Below, one piece after another: positions 39,048 to 49,791 of a stretch of DNA of 64,000 nt. The stretch is taken from positions 55,396 to 119,395 of the forward strand of contig JAEOTR010000017.1 of NCBI GenBank assembly GCA_016839705.1, given 5' to 3'. The stretch is from Promethearchaeota archaeon (GTDB lineage Archaea > Asgardarchaeota > Lokiarchaeia > Sigyniarchaeales > SOKP01). Position 1 is the first letter of the stretch. Every line of letters starts with the position of its first letter. The position numbers and the translations under genes were made by a program. The notes under the pieces were generated by a model. That model saw only the letters and a list, made by a program, of their open reading frames with translations, ran no database searches and was not told the origin of the DNA.

Positions 39048-41837
39048 TCATCTTCTCAATTTTTTATGTTTTATCTCTTTACTTAAAAAATATAAAATAA
39101 TGCCAATTGGGATGACACTCGGTAATAGATAGAATATCATTAAATTAAATGTTGATAGTTCTAAAACCACTTCAAAGTAAAACCGTGCAATTTCACCATT
39201 TTCACTATTCTTTAAGACTATTCGATATGTTTTTGTCCCAAATTCATATGGATTATTTGTAGGGATGAAATTCTTCGTAATCCAGTTCTTTCCTGGACTC
39301 AACTGGTCAATATTTGCTTGAACGTCTTTCCCATTAATGGATAGCGAAAAGCTTTCGAAAACATTTTTATTATTTTGGATTATGATTATTAAAGAAGCGG
39401 ATGCTCCTTGTGGAATCTGATCTGGGAAGAAAATGCTGATGATTTCAAACTCCGGTATTATATCAATTATTAATTCTTCAGTATAATACACTGTAGCATT
39501 TTGAAGAATATTCATTTCGATTCTAATTGTATCATTTTTAAGATCCTCTAGAGTTTTAAGATAATAAGAAACGGACTTAGTCTCGTCTTGATTAATAGTT
39601 TCCTCTTGAATAAATGTTTCAATTGTATTTTCTAATAATCCACTAAAACTAATATTTAATGATTGAGTTGCATTAGGTAAGAAATTAATTAGATCTAAAG
39701 AAACTAGTATATCTTGATCACTCACAACTTTACTTTGATAAATTAGGTGTTTATAATTAAATGAGTAACCTATTTCTATTAGCTTTATTATGCTCAAATA
39801 TGTTACATTACCTCTCTTAAAGTTAAAAGTAATTTCACTAGGGCCAAGACCGACACCAAACTTTGCAGTAAGATCAAAACTCACATTTAATTCGATTGAT
39901 GCTGTAAAATTGAGTTCCTGTGAGGGATATTCTATTATATCTACACCTTCTAAAGAAGCAGTTAATGTTAAATCATCAATCCTAGTGTAATTCAGTAAGA
40001 TTGTTACATTTATAATCTGTCCCTGAAAAAGTATATCAGGTAACCCTTCAATTTTCTCATTTATTAAACCTGATATAATATTGAAACGTGCAAGAGTTTC
40101 AGCCATATTGAAATAAGTTTTATTTGCCCAGATATAAATATAATAACCATTTCCTATTGGTACAGATTCTTCTATTGGGTGTATGAGAGTATGTGATGCT
40201 TCAGGAGCTTTAGTTTGGTTCTCAAATTGATATAAAAAGGTACTATTTGGGTATTTAAACAAGTATTTAATATCGGCATCAATAATATCATAACTAACAG
40301 TAAACGGTACATAGGAATCATTCCCAGGATTGTAATATTGATTTTCTTTAAGAAATGAATAAGTTGAGGTGAGATTCATGACATCTTGGGCAAAAATATA
40401 ATTAGGAATTATTTCAGTTACGTTATACTCAGATTTTAAAAATGTACTACTAAAAATTTCTGATGCCTTTAAATAGGACTTTTGAAGGTATAAATTAGAG
40501 TTAAGATTTTTAGTACTGTTTGTGAGAGAAAAATCATAGGAATTATTCACACCATCATAAAAACCATTTTCTATTGACTCGAAAATTTCAACAGCTCTAT
40601 CATAATATGTGAAATTTCCTGTAGATTCGAACAATTTTAAACAGGCTTCTAGCATTAGAGCGTTAGCTCTAAGATCATGACTACTATCGAATAATATCCA
40701 TGCAGGTCTACCGATGTTATAATATAACTTGTTAAAGTCATCCCATAAATGACCATCAATACTTATACTATTGTATAGTTCAATAGCTCTTAATAAATAA
40801 GGGGAATTGCTTTCCTTTCCTGTTTCAATCCAAAATTCTAATAATGTAATAATTGCTAGGGCATTCACATCCAGATGATAATTTTTTTGTCCACTTGTCA
40901 GAGTGCTCCAGTCTTCATCCGCAAAACAATAATAGGCTTTATCTATAGTATCCCACATATTAGAGTCCATTGAAATCATAGTTTGATTTGCTAAAAAGTA
41001 GGAGAGAATTTTATCGGATTCATCTAAACCTAATTGAGAATATGTACGATGAATTAGTAAGTTTGCTAATATACTAAAAAAGTTGCTTTCAGAATATTTA
41101 TCAGATGTGGAATTATGGTGGGCAAATCCTTTATTAGTGCTATCCCAAAATTCAGAGGAACTTATCAAATCAAACATTTCCTCAATTAATTCGTATGGTT
41201 TCTGTCCCTCTATGGAGAGATCGTCGATGTTTTCACCAATATTGTCAATTAACAGAAAAATTGGCAAAAGATTATCAATTAAATATCGATCAGAATTTTC
41301 TACTAATGCCGTAGTATTGTCTACAGATTTCACAAACCCATACTGAAATTGCTCACTAGTATCTTCATACCATAACGGAGTTGACTTTAACTTTAAATAT
41401 GTATCAAAAATTTCAGTTTGATCAAGCTCTGATTTCAGTAATGTATTATAAATTAATAAATTATCCTCTGAGTAAATCGTATCATCCGTGATTAATCCAT
41501 TTATATCTCCATACCTAAAATAAGTAGAGATATCTGGGTCCAGACTAGATATATAATTATTCTCGAAAAAGATACGTACCATATCTAAGTTTTTAGTGTA
41601 AGGATTATGAAGCATTGAAGTATCCGTAGCAACTTCAAGACTATTTCGATCGTAATTAAAGATAATTTCATCTATACCATCATTTTCTTCAGAAATATTT
41701 AATTGGTTTGCAGAATCACTAATATTTAAAATACTTATAGTAAAGATAAAAATAAAGAAAATCACGAATAAGCTTTTCACAATCTGCTCTTTACGTCTTT
41801 TTTTCCTTACTATAGTGTGAAAGTTGGAAAAGCTCAT
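39048..41837 (-). CDS. Large membrane-anchored surface protein: six-hairpin glycosidase-like alpha barrel plus Ig-like domains
   Basis: Repeated WD...Y/F units, DVNALAI, ANALMLEACLKLFESTGNFTYYDRA; C-terminal TM with basic tail. Confidence 0.65.
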   Translation of the reverse strand: MSFSNFHTIVRKKRRKEQIVKSLFVIFFIFIFTISILNISDSANQLNISEENDGIDEIIFNYDRNSLEVATDTSMLHNPYTKNLDMVRIFFENNYISSLDPDISTYFRYGDINGLITDDTIYSEDNLLIYNTLLKSELDQTEIFDTYLKLKSTPLWYEDTSEQFQYGFVKSVDNTTALVENSDRYLIDNLLPIFLLIDNIGENIDDLSIEGQKPYELIEEMFDLISSSEFWDSTNKGFAHHNSTSDKYSESNFFSILANLLIHRTYSQLGLDESDKILSYFLANQTMISMDSNMWDTIDKAYYCFADEDWSTLTSGQKNYHLDVNALAIITLLEFWIETGKESNSPYLLRAIELYNSISIDGHLWDDFNKLYYNIGRPAWILFDSSHDLRANALMLEACLKLFESTGNFTYYDRAVEIFESIENGFYDGVNNSYDFSLTNSTKNLNSNLYLQKSYLKASEIFSSTFLKSEYNVTEIIPNYIFAQDVMNLTSTYSFLKENQYYNPGNDSYVPFTVSYDIIDADIKYLFKYPNSTFLYQFENQTKAPEASHTLIHPIEESVPIGNGYYIYIWANKTYFNMAETLARFNIISGLINEKIEGLPDILFQGQIINVTILLNYTRIDDLTLTASLEGVDIIEYPSQELNFTASIELNVSFDLTAKFGVGLGPSEITFNFKRGNVTYLSIIKLIEIGYSFNYKHLIYQSKVVSDQDILVSLDLINFLPNATQSLNISFSGLLENTIETFIQEETINQDETKSVSYYLKTLEDLKNDTIRIEMNILQNATVYYTEELIIDIIPEFEIISIFFPDQIPQGASASLIIIIQNNKNVFESFSLSINGKDVQANIDQLSPGKNWITKNFIPTNNPYEFGTKTYRIVLKNSENGEIARFYFEVVLELSTFNLMIFYLLPSVIPIGIILYFLSKEIKHKKLRR

Positions 41838-41968
41838 TTTAATTTGATTGATATTAATATTTTTAACAACAGTTTAATTTTTAAATTATATTTTTAAAAA
41901 ATCCTTCTCTTTAAAATTTTTTCTGAAGAGATTAAAAAGATCATAATATCAAGCAATAAAATGAAATT

Positions 41969-43462
41969 TTATTCTATTTTTTTATTTTGTATAGTTTGAG
42001 GGAGATCTGATATGCCTATCCGTATTTGGTTCATTGAATCGCGTTCTCTAATTGTAACTGTATTATCATCTAAAGATTCATAATCTATAGTAATGCACCA
42101 TTTTGTACCTAACTCGTCCTGTCTTCTATACCTCTTTCCTATAGAACCTGCCGCATCAAAAAAAGAGCCGACACGATTTTTTAAGAGTTCTCTATGAACT
42201 TTAAGTGCTAAACTTCTAATTTTTTCTTTATTTCTCACCAATGGAAACACTGCTACGGTATTTGGGGATAAAGTTGGATGAAGTTTTAAAACTATTCTTC
42301 CCTCTTCAACATTAAAGGCAGTCTCGAGTAATGTATATACAATCCTGTCAATTCCGAAAGCGATTTCAAGAACTTGAGGCACTTCCTTAATATTAGGGTC
42401 CGAACCCATACTAATTTCGAAATTTTGTTTGGAATATTCAGCATGTCTTCTTAGATCATAATCTGTCCTGTCATGTATCCCACATATTTCGACCCATCCA
42501 AATTGCCTTGTTTTAATTTCTAAATCCCAAGCGTCGTCAGCATAATGGGCCCGTTCATTTAATGAATGTTGCCTAAACCGAATTGACTTCTCTGGTATGC
42601 CAAGTATCTTCGTTAAATAATATCCTATATAAAGACAATAAGCATATGCTGGTTTTTTAAGTATTTTATTCGAGATCGCCTCGCTGAGTGATAGAGAATT
42701 TGGGATATCAATACCATTTTCTTGTAATTTCCAGTCTAGTAATGGTAATTTGTTATTTTTTATCTCCTCATAATCATCAAATTCCATTTCTTGATGCTTA
42801 CTAATAAACATCTGGAGTTCAAATTGATCAAAGGCCCTCATCCGTAGAACTCCTTGCCTAGGAGAGATCTCATTACGGTAGGCTTTTCCATATTGGAAAA
42901 CTCTTATTGGATATTGCTTTCGAGCATCTTGATCTAATCTATTAAAGAGTAAATATGTAGTAGTAGCTGTTTCTGGACGTAAATAGGCTGTAACATTATT
43001 CCCTACAGAAGTTTTCAGCATTAAATTATACTCCTCAATTTTAGAAAAATTTGTATCGCACTTTGGGCATGTAAGTTCATGTTTCTTAATTAGCTCCTCC
43101 ATCTCATTGAATGATAAACCATCAATCATAAGATTAGGAAGATTTTCTTGAAGGAATTTATCTACCCGATATAAAGTGCTACATTTTTTACATTTTAATA
43201 CAGGATCGATAAATCGATCTAAGTGTCCGGAAGCACTCCATACAATTTCAGGCATGATTGTAGGACATTCAACCTCCCCGAATCCAAAATAACGTAATTC
43301 TCGCCTAAATAAACTAAGAATGTTATTTTTAAGTGTCATTCCCGCTGGACCATAGGAATAAAAACCCGCCAAACCACCATAAATTTCCGGAGAAGGTCCC
43401 CATATAAATCCCCTTCTCTTCACCAATGAATTAAAAGTATCAATAGTATCGTCAACTTTCAT
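41969..43462 (-). CDS. glyS: Glycine--tRNA ligase (archaeal/eukaryotic alpha2 type)
   Basis: EIYGG, WSASGH, YLRPETA, RNEISPRQG, ERAHYA, SIGKRYRRQDE. Confidence 0.96.
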   Translation of the reverse strand: MKVDDTIDTFNSLVKRRGFIWGPSPEIYGGLAGFYSYGPAGMTLKNNILSLFRRELRYFGFGEVECPTIMPEIVWSASGHLDRFIDPVLKCKKCSTLYRVDKFLQENLPNLMIDGLSFNEMEELIKKHELTCPKCDTNFSKIEEYNLMLKTSVGNNVTAYLRPETATTTYLLFNRLDQDARKQYPIRVFQYGKAYRNEISPRQGVLRMRAFDQFELQMFISKHQEMEFDDYEEIKNNKLPLLDWKLQENGIDIPNSLSLSEAISNKILKKPAYAYCLYIGYYLTKILGIPEKSIRFRQHSLNERAHYADDAWDLEIKTRQFGWVEICGIHDRTDYDLRRHAEYSKQNFEISMGSDPNIKEVPQVLEIAFGIDRIVYTLLETAFNVEEGRIVLKLHPTLSPNTVAVFPLVRNKEKIRSLALKVHRELLKNRVGSFFDAAGSIGKRYRRQDELGTKWCITIDYESLDDNTVTIRERDSMNQIRIGISDLPQTIQNKKIE

Positions 43463-43591
43463 ATTGTTTATAAAAAGTATTTATATTATTTGTATTTTAA
43501 GATATTACACGAATATTAAAATAAATTTTTATAATAGGAATATAATAATATTATTATATTTTTTTTAAAGATTAAAAAAAACTGATAAATC

Positions 43592-44449
43592 ATGTTAAAT
43601 CAAAATTTCCAATATCTTGGCTTCTGGGAAGCAATAGAGATGGGTCTCTATTTTGTTATTGTAGGTTACTTTTTCCTGTTATTTTTCTACTTCCTTTTCA
43701 TACGATATAGAACTTCAAGGAAGCTGTATTGGCTATTTTTTAGTTTATTTTTTCTATTTTTTGGCATTGCACGATTATTTTTTATTATCTATTATTTCTT
43801 TGGTCCAGAATTATATGAACCCATTCCTGGAAACGGTGCTGAAGTTGTAGCATTTTTAATGCTAAATTATCGCTTAGCTACATTCTTTACTTGGATGGGG
43901 ACAGCTTGTGCTGTTGGGGTTTTAGGAATTCTCTTATTTCCTCCTGATACACAAAAAGAGAAAAATGGTGAAAAATCTTTGAAAGCTTGGTTTAAAAATA
44001 GAAAAAATATCGAATTGCTAATTCGGTTCGGTTTATTTGCTCTTCCAATTATAATCGGAATTCTCGGTTTAACATTATCAGATGGTTTATTTATGGACCC
44101 AGATTTTCCAAGTCAATATAGTATACCAGACAGTATAATTTCAATAACAATTGGATCTTGGAAGTACCCTCTGGGGAGATTTTTATTTAATTTCATTTTT
44201 ATGCCTTTGTTTCTTGCACTGATTCCTTTTATCTTTCTATATCTTGCTTGGAAAACTTTTGGAGTGTTAAGGAAATCTTATGCTTTAAATGCTATTGGTT
44301 TCCTCCTTTATTTTATCGGAGGAAGAATATTACAAGGAGCTCTCGATGTTGCTGCATTACCCCACGTAAGAGCCATAATGCCCCCTCTAATAATCCTGCT
44401 GGCGCTTCTAATTTTAGTAATTGCAAATAATTATGAACAACTCAAGTAA
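43592..44449 (+). CDS. Hypothetical membrane protein with about 7 TM helices
   Basis: Seven hydrophobic segments in 285 aa. Confidence 0.7.
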   Translation: MLNQNFQYLGFWEAIEMGLYFVIVGYFFLLFFYFLFIRYRTSRKLYWLFFSLFFLFFGIARLFFIIYYFFGPELYEPIPGNGAEVVAFLMLNYRLATFFTWMGTACAVGVLGILLFPPDTQKEKNGEKSLKAWFKNRKNIELLIRFGLFALPIIIGILGLTLSDGLFMDPDFPSQYSIPDSIISITIGSWKYPLGRFLFNFIFMPLFLALIPFIFLYLAWKTFGVLRKSYALNAIGFLLYFIGGRILQGALDVAALPHVRAIMPPLIILLALLILVIANNYEQLK

Positions 44450-44645
44450 AATAGTATTCCCCCTAATTCTTATAACAATTTTTATCTTTTTTTCTCATTT
44501 TATAGGTCGTGGTAGGAACAATAAGAAAACCAGTTTTGAAATACCTGTGTAAAAAAAGATTAATATTTTAAAACTGAATCTCTATAAATTTAATATATTG
44601 AGAATTTTTTTTTATAGATAAGAATTTTAAAGTAGGAGAAAATCA

Positions 44646-46280
44646 TTGTCAGTCCATGGAAACCAAAATCTTTTACCTTTTTTTATTAATAAAATCACAA
44701 AACGGTCAATTATTCAAGGAAACGACGAACTTACCCTTTCTTTTTACCTTTTGACAAAAGACATAGGAAATAATGAAAAGATTGTTTCATTCTCGAGACT
44801 TCTCTGGCCAATATTAAGCATACAAGGAGTCCTTAGCACACACATAATGTTAGATGGAATAGGTATTTTTAGTAAGAGTGATAAATTTTCTAACCCACCT
44901 CGTCAACCCTTAATTGGCCATATTCTAAGAAATATTGAAAATAGAACAACAGTCGAGGAATTAACTAAATTATTAGAGATTTTAACATATAGAGATATGG
45001 AAGCAGAAGAAATTGGGGAGGGTGAGGAATCTGAATACCACAGTCTCAAAATTAATGGTTTAATAAACCCTGAATTTCTTCAAACACTGATCTCGATAAT
45101 TCCATTAACTGAATACAAACCGATTATTGATTATACTGTTTTGGATCATAGTATTACTACTGAAATGGCTCTTAATATATCGGAGAATTACCGAGAAATA
45201 GTAAACACAATGAAAGGAAATGCTTATAGATGGAAGTCTCAAACGGAATTGATAGAAAAAGAGGTGGGAAAATGGCTTATAGATTTAAATGTGCAATTAA
45301 AAGATCTTGAAACACGATATTCAAGTCAGATTAATAAAGCCTCTTCAACAATTGATCCAACTCAAATTGACTACCAGATGAAATTAGAACAAGATAAAAT
45401 TGATCAATGGAGTGTTGAAGAAAAGAAAAAACTAATTGAAAGCATTTCAACATTATTCAAAACAGCCGAAAGAAGTCTTGAAGAGGTAATTAAAAGAAAC
45501 AAATTTTTTGTGAGTGGTGATTCATTAAAGAGTAGGGTATTTGAAGATATAATCCCTCAGTTTCAAAATCACTTTAATTATCTAAAAAGTGAAGGAGAAA
45601 AATATCTAGAATCACTTGAAAGTCTTAACCAGCGATTTAATGAGCAAAAAGAAAAAGCTATTCAGATAGATAATGATGCTAATACAAAAATTCAACAATT
45701 AAAAGAATCTTTGAATTTAAAATTAAAGGATAGGGATAAATTACTAACCGAATTCCAAAGTGAAAAACAAGAAAAAATTTCTGATTTAGTGATTTTAAAA
45801 GAAAAAATTGAAGAGATGTTCAATAAAATAAAGGAAATAATTGATTATAAGCATAGAGTATGCCAACAAGAAGCTCAAGAGTTAGTTAAATGGTCATTAA
45901 ATGATAATCAATCGGAAATGTTTTCTAGACCTATACAATGGATATATATGCCTATTTATACAATGTTTATTGAGAATGAAGATACTATGGATGAAAATAT
46001 GAACATCCTTTTTCCAGGTTATATCACTAACAATCCCGATAATATCTATGAATTCCTTTCAGACGCAGTTTTAAACCTGAAAAATGTGTTAAATGAAAAA
46101 GTAGAAGAAAATATGGCAGTTAGATCAAATTTCGAATTTTCTTCCGAGAATAAGAACTTGATGAAAGATTCAAGCCTTCAAAAAAGAATCCAATTAGGTC
46201 TTTCAAAGTTAAAAGAGAAATCACTCATCAACGAAAATATCGAGAGAAAAATCCGAGAAAACCTCAATTTATTACAATAA
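44646..46280 (+). CDS. Hypothetical long coiled-coil protein
   Basis: 544 aa; E/K/Q/L-rich central region with globular-looking ends. Confidence 0.7.
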   Translation: MSVHGNQNLLPFFINKITKRSIIQGNDELTLSFYLLTKDIGNNEKIVSFSRLLWPILSIQGVLSTHIMLDGIGIFSKSDKFSNPPRQPLIGHILRNIENRTTVEELTKLLEILTYRDMEAEEIGEGEESEYHSLKINGLINPEFLQTLISIIPLTEYKPIIDYTVLDHSITTEMALNISENYREIVNTMKGNAYRWKSQTELIEKEVGKWLIDLNVQLKDLETRYSSQINKASSTIDPTQIDYQMKLEQDKIDQWSVEEKKKLIESISTLFKTAERSLEEVIKRNKFFVSGDSLKSRVFEDIIPQFQNHFNYLKSEGEKYLESLESLNQRFNEQKEKAIQIDNDANTKIQQLKESLNLKLKDRDKLLTEFQSEKQEKISDLVILKEKIEEMFNKIKEIIDYKHRVCQQEAQELVKWSLNDNQSEMFSRPIQWIYMPIYTMFIENEDTMDENMNILFPGYITNNPDNIYEFLSDAVLNLKNVLNEKVEENMAVRSNFEFSSENKNLMKDSSLQKRIQLGLSKLKEKSLINENIERKIRENLNLLQ

Positions 46281-46296
46281 TTATTAGGTTTTTATT

Positions 46297-46986
46297 ATGT
46301 CAAGTTCTAATTGGGAAAATAAATCAAAACTAAATCTTAAAAAGAGAAGAATTAGAGCTTTTTTTCTATCTATAGAGAAGAAGAAAAAGAAAAAAGAAGT
46401 AGTTGATGAACCCACTGAGGAGATATATGAAGATGGAATGGTTTATATCCAAATGAGACTTCCAGTAGATAAAATCACCAAAAATTTTGAAGATAAATTA
46501 AAAGAGAAAATTGAATACAATATAATTAAAGCAATAATTCGAGAAGCAAAAAAAGATGACCTTGATTCTTTAAAAAAAATCTACAATCGAGCGTGGTTAA
46601 CAAGTAATACTCCTTTTCGACCAATAACAAAAACTGATTTATTAACAATCCTTGAATATCCTAATACTGTTTTCCTCATCGCAAAAGTTTATGGTATTGA
46701 TGCTGCCTTTGTTCTTCTTGATTTTGAGGGAGAAAACAAGGAATTTGCGGTAATTGCTGCATTAGCTGTTATCCCAAGATTTCAAAGACGAGGTTTAGGA
46801 AAAATTTTAGGTGTTTACGTATGGAATTTCTTAAAACAAAACTATAACAATGTTAAAGAAATTAGAGCTGAAGTTTATAAAGATAATGAAGTTTCATATG
46901 CGTTTATCAAAGGAATTGGTTTTGAGGAATTTGAAAGAAGAGTCTACAAAAAAGAAGATTTTGAAATTGAAAATAATAGTCGATAG
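46297..46986 (+). CDS. GNAT family N-acetyltransferase
   Basis: LAVIPRFQRRGLGK acetyl-CoA motif; N..SYAF...IGF. Confidence 0.88.
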   Translation: MSSSNWENKSKLNLKKRRIRAFFLSIEKKKKKKEVVDEPTEEIYEDGMVYIQMRLPVDKITKNFEDKLKEKIEYNIIKAIIREAKKDDLDSLKKIYNRAWLTSNTPFRPITKTDLLTILEYPNTVFLIAKVYGIDAAFVLLDFEGENKEFAVIAALAVIPRFQRRGLGKILGVYVWNFLKQNYNNVKEIRAEVYKDNEVSYAFIKGIGFEEFERRVYKKEDFEIENNSR

Positions 46987-46999
46987 AAGCGATAGAGTT

Positions 47000-48445
47000 T
47001 TAATAGTCAAATACATCATTTTCATTTTTTAGAGATTTTATTTTTTCATCAATCAATCTGAATATTTTCTCATCTTGAAGATCTTTATAATAATCTTTAG
47101 CTCTTTCTAGATTTAATAAAGCTATGTCAGGCATTTGTTTAGAAATATAAAGATCTCCTAGTTTAATAAGAATGTCTGCAGACTCTTTAATGTAATTTAG
47201 GTCCTCATAAATTTCTAAAGAGTCCTCAAAATACTTAATCGAATTAAATTTATCTAATTTAGAATTCAAAATAATTGAACCAATTATAAATTTAATTTCA
47301 GCACATTTCTTCCTATCCCCATATTTATAGTAAATTTCAAGACTCAAATTATAATATTCAATTGCTTTATCATCGTTTTCATTAATACTATACATCTCTG
47401 CTAAACTTTCTAATACATTTCCTTCATAAATATTATCATTTATACTGAATATTCTTATAGCATTAAGACTTTTAATTAAACAGTTTTCTGCTTCGAATAA
47501 TTTTCCCCAACGTAAATATAATTTTCCAAGATAAAGATAACATTCCCACTCTAATGTTGAACGTATATAAATAGTAGTAGTATCTTTTACACTTTCAATT
47601 AAATTATTAGCAGCCTTTAAATGTTGGAAAGCAAGATCAAAATCTTCACCTTTCAAAAAATATAGTTTGCCATACTTAATTTCATTTGTTATAGCTCCAT
47701 AGATATCGTCATTTTTCTTGAAGAATTCTGCGTTTTTAGACAAAATTCTTCCCACTCTATCAAAATCTCTTAATATATATAGGACTTCGACTAAATTACT
47801 TGAAGTTTTTACCTCCTCAAATATTAAGTTTTCTCGCTTACTCAATTCAAGAGCTTCTTGATAATATTCATAAGAATGCTCCAAATCCTTAATTAGATAA
47901 TATATATTGCCAAGGTTATTTAAAACCTTGATAGTTCTTTGATTATCATTTACTTCTTTAAGAATTTCAAGAGATCTATTAAAATGGTAAATTGCTTGAT
48001 CAAAAAAACCATTATCTTCCTGAATTAATCCAATTTCATTATGACAAATAGCTATATTGAAGAGATCATCTTCATTTTCAAAATTTTTTAGAGCTATTTC
48101 GAGGTTTTTTAAAGCATTTTGCAAATCTCTCAATTTATAATACAAACTTGATTTTTCTAGGAATAAAGAACCTGGGATCTTATCTCCTAAAATTTCTTTT
48201 CTCTCTAAGATTTCATCAATTTCCTGAATTTTGTGTTCTATCTGTTCATCCTTAATAATAACTTCTTCATAGTAGTCTTCATCTTCTTCTCCCAAATTTG
48301 GAAGTAAAAACTCAGTTTCACCATGACCAGTTCTTAAACTCCCATATGCTACAGTCCTGAGATTAGATATCAACGGTTTATTACAATTTGGACAATAAGG
48401 ATAATCATCCTCAATTATAACATTACAATAAGGGCAATTTTTCAT
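47000..48445 (-). CDS. TPR protein with N-terminal zinc ribbon
   Basis: CPYC..CPNC; repeated TPR-like units such as NNLGNIYYL...YQEALEL. Confidence 0.85.
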   Translation of the reverse strand: MKNCPYCNVIIEDDYPYCPNCNKPLISNLRTVAYGSLRTGHGETEFLLPNLGEEDEDYYEEVIIKDEQIEHKIQEIDEILERKEILGDKIPGSLFLEKSSLYYKLRDLQNALKNLEIALKNFENEDDLFNIAICHNEIGLIQEDNGFFDQAIYHFNRSLEILKEVNDNQRTIKVLNNLGNIYYLIKDLEHSYEYYQEALELSKRENLIFEEVKTSSNLVEVLYILRDFDRVGRILSKNAEFFKKNDDIYGAITNEIKYGKLYFLKGEDFDLAFQHLKAANNLIESVKDTTTIYIRSTLEWECYLYLGKLYLRWGKLFEAENCLIKSLNAIRIFSINDNIYEGNVLESLAEMYSINENDDKAIEYYNLSLEIYYKYGDRKKCAEIKFIIGSIILNSKLDKFNSIKYFEDSLEIYEDLNYIKESADILIKLGDLYISKQMPDIALLNLERAKDYYKDLQDEKIFRLIDEKIKSLKNENDVFDY

Positions 48446-48682
48446 GGATGCTAAAATTAAATCTAATTTCTTATGAAAATCTTTTAGTAAAAAGAGAAAA
48501 TTACTGTATTTATAATTATTTAGTAGCCTTTAATTCTGTTTTATAGCATTTTACTTATAAAATAAATAATACATAAATATTCCTTCTAGTCAAGATTCTG
48601 TGACTCCTATGAATTACTATGAAAAGAAATAAAAAAGAGCCTTTTTTTCTTTATTAAAAACAATCATAGGAAGTGAAAATTA

Positions 48683-48835
48683 GTGGACATTAAACTTTTT
48701 AAAAAGACTTATCCTTTTATTTGTGGCTCTTGTAGAGAGTTTTCTCATACAATGCATGAATATTGTGATAAATGTGGAGATGTAAATTCCTTAAGAAAGG
48801 CTGGGAAAGGAGATTATAAAAAGCATCAAAATTAA
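48683..48835 (+). CDS. 50-aa zinc-ribbon microprotein (below the ORF-track cutoff)
   Basis: GTG start; MDIKLFKKTYPFICGSCREFSHTMHEYCDKCGDVNSLRKAGKGDYKKHQN with CxxC-x10-CxxCG. Confidence 0.7.
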   Translation: MDIKLFKKTYPFICGSCREFSHTMHEYCDKCGDVNSLRKAGKGDYKKHQN

Positions 48836-49012
48836 ATTGAGTAGTTCATCTACAATTTATTTAGTCTTAAAAATCATAACTTGGGTTAGTTGGTAGGAAA
48901 AAACTCAGTTGTGTTATAGCTTTTTTTTTAAATCAATCTTAGATACTTTTAAAACAATGGGTCATAATCTATTATATAAAAATTGAAAATTATTATGAAG
49001 AGTGTGTAAAAA

Positions 49013-49786
49013 ATGAGTGAACAGGTTATAACGCAATCAAACAATGGTGTTTTTCACATAATTTTTAATCGTTCAGAGAAGAGGAATGCTCTTACAAGAG
49101 CTATGTATGCGGCATTTGCTGAAGGTATAGATAAGGCTGAAAAGGATCCAAATATCAGAGTAATTTTAATTTATGGCAATGGAAAGTGTTTTTGCGCGGG
49201 AAATGACTTGAAAGATTTTCAAGATCTGGAATGGGGTATTGGTTCTGCTAGACCTTCATTGAGTTGGACAGATATGATCCTTTCTGCAAAAAAGCCAATA
49301 ATTGCTGCCGTTCATGGATATGCAATTGGTGTCGGTGTAACTATGTTGTTACACTTCGATTTAGTCTATGCTAGTAGTAGTTGTAGATTTCAGTTTCCGT
49401 TTGTAAACCTAGGCTTGGTACCAGAATTTGGTTCAACATTTAACTTACCCACCTTGATAGGATACCAAAGAGCTGCAGAGTTGTTCTTTTTTGGAGATTG
49501 GTTTACTGCTGAAGAAGCCGAGAAAATGGGAATGATAAATAAAACTTTTTCAGAAAACGAATGGAAAGATAAAGTTATCTTATTAGCTGAAAAACTTGCT
49601 GAACAACCACCAAATGCATTAAGAAAAACAAAGGAGTTAATTAAAAAACATTACTTAAGAAATCTTAAAAAATTGATGCCAGAAGAAGGCGCAGAATTCT
49701 CTAGAAGTCAAAAATCCCCAGAAGCTCAAGAAGCCTTTAAAGCTTTTTTTGAACGTCGAAAACCTGACTTTTCAAAATTCATATAA
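49013..49786 (+). CDS. Enoyl-CoA hydratase/isomerase (crotonase) family
   Basis: FCAGNDL, KPIIAAVHGYAIGVG, LGLVPEFG, AFFERRKPDF. Confidence 0.92.
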   Translation: MSEQVITQSNNGVFHIIFNRSEKRNALTRAMYAAFAEGIDKAEKDPNIRVILIYGNGKCFCAGNDLKDFQDLEWGIGSARPSLSWTDMILSAKKPIIAAVHGYAIGVGVTMLLHFDLVYASSSCRFQFPFVNLGLVPEFGSTFNLPTLIGYQRAAELFFFGDWFTAEEAEKMGMINKTFSENEWKDKVILLAEKLAEQPPNALRKTKELIKKHYLRNLKKLMPEEGAEFSRSQKSPEAQEAFKAFFERRKPDFSKFI

Positions 49787-49791
49787 ATACA

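Noticed and set aside
44500-44552. Slightly GC-richer intergenic stretch with AGGT/ACCT and TGGT/ACCA pairs
   Set aside because: Four-bp stems are expected by chance
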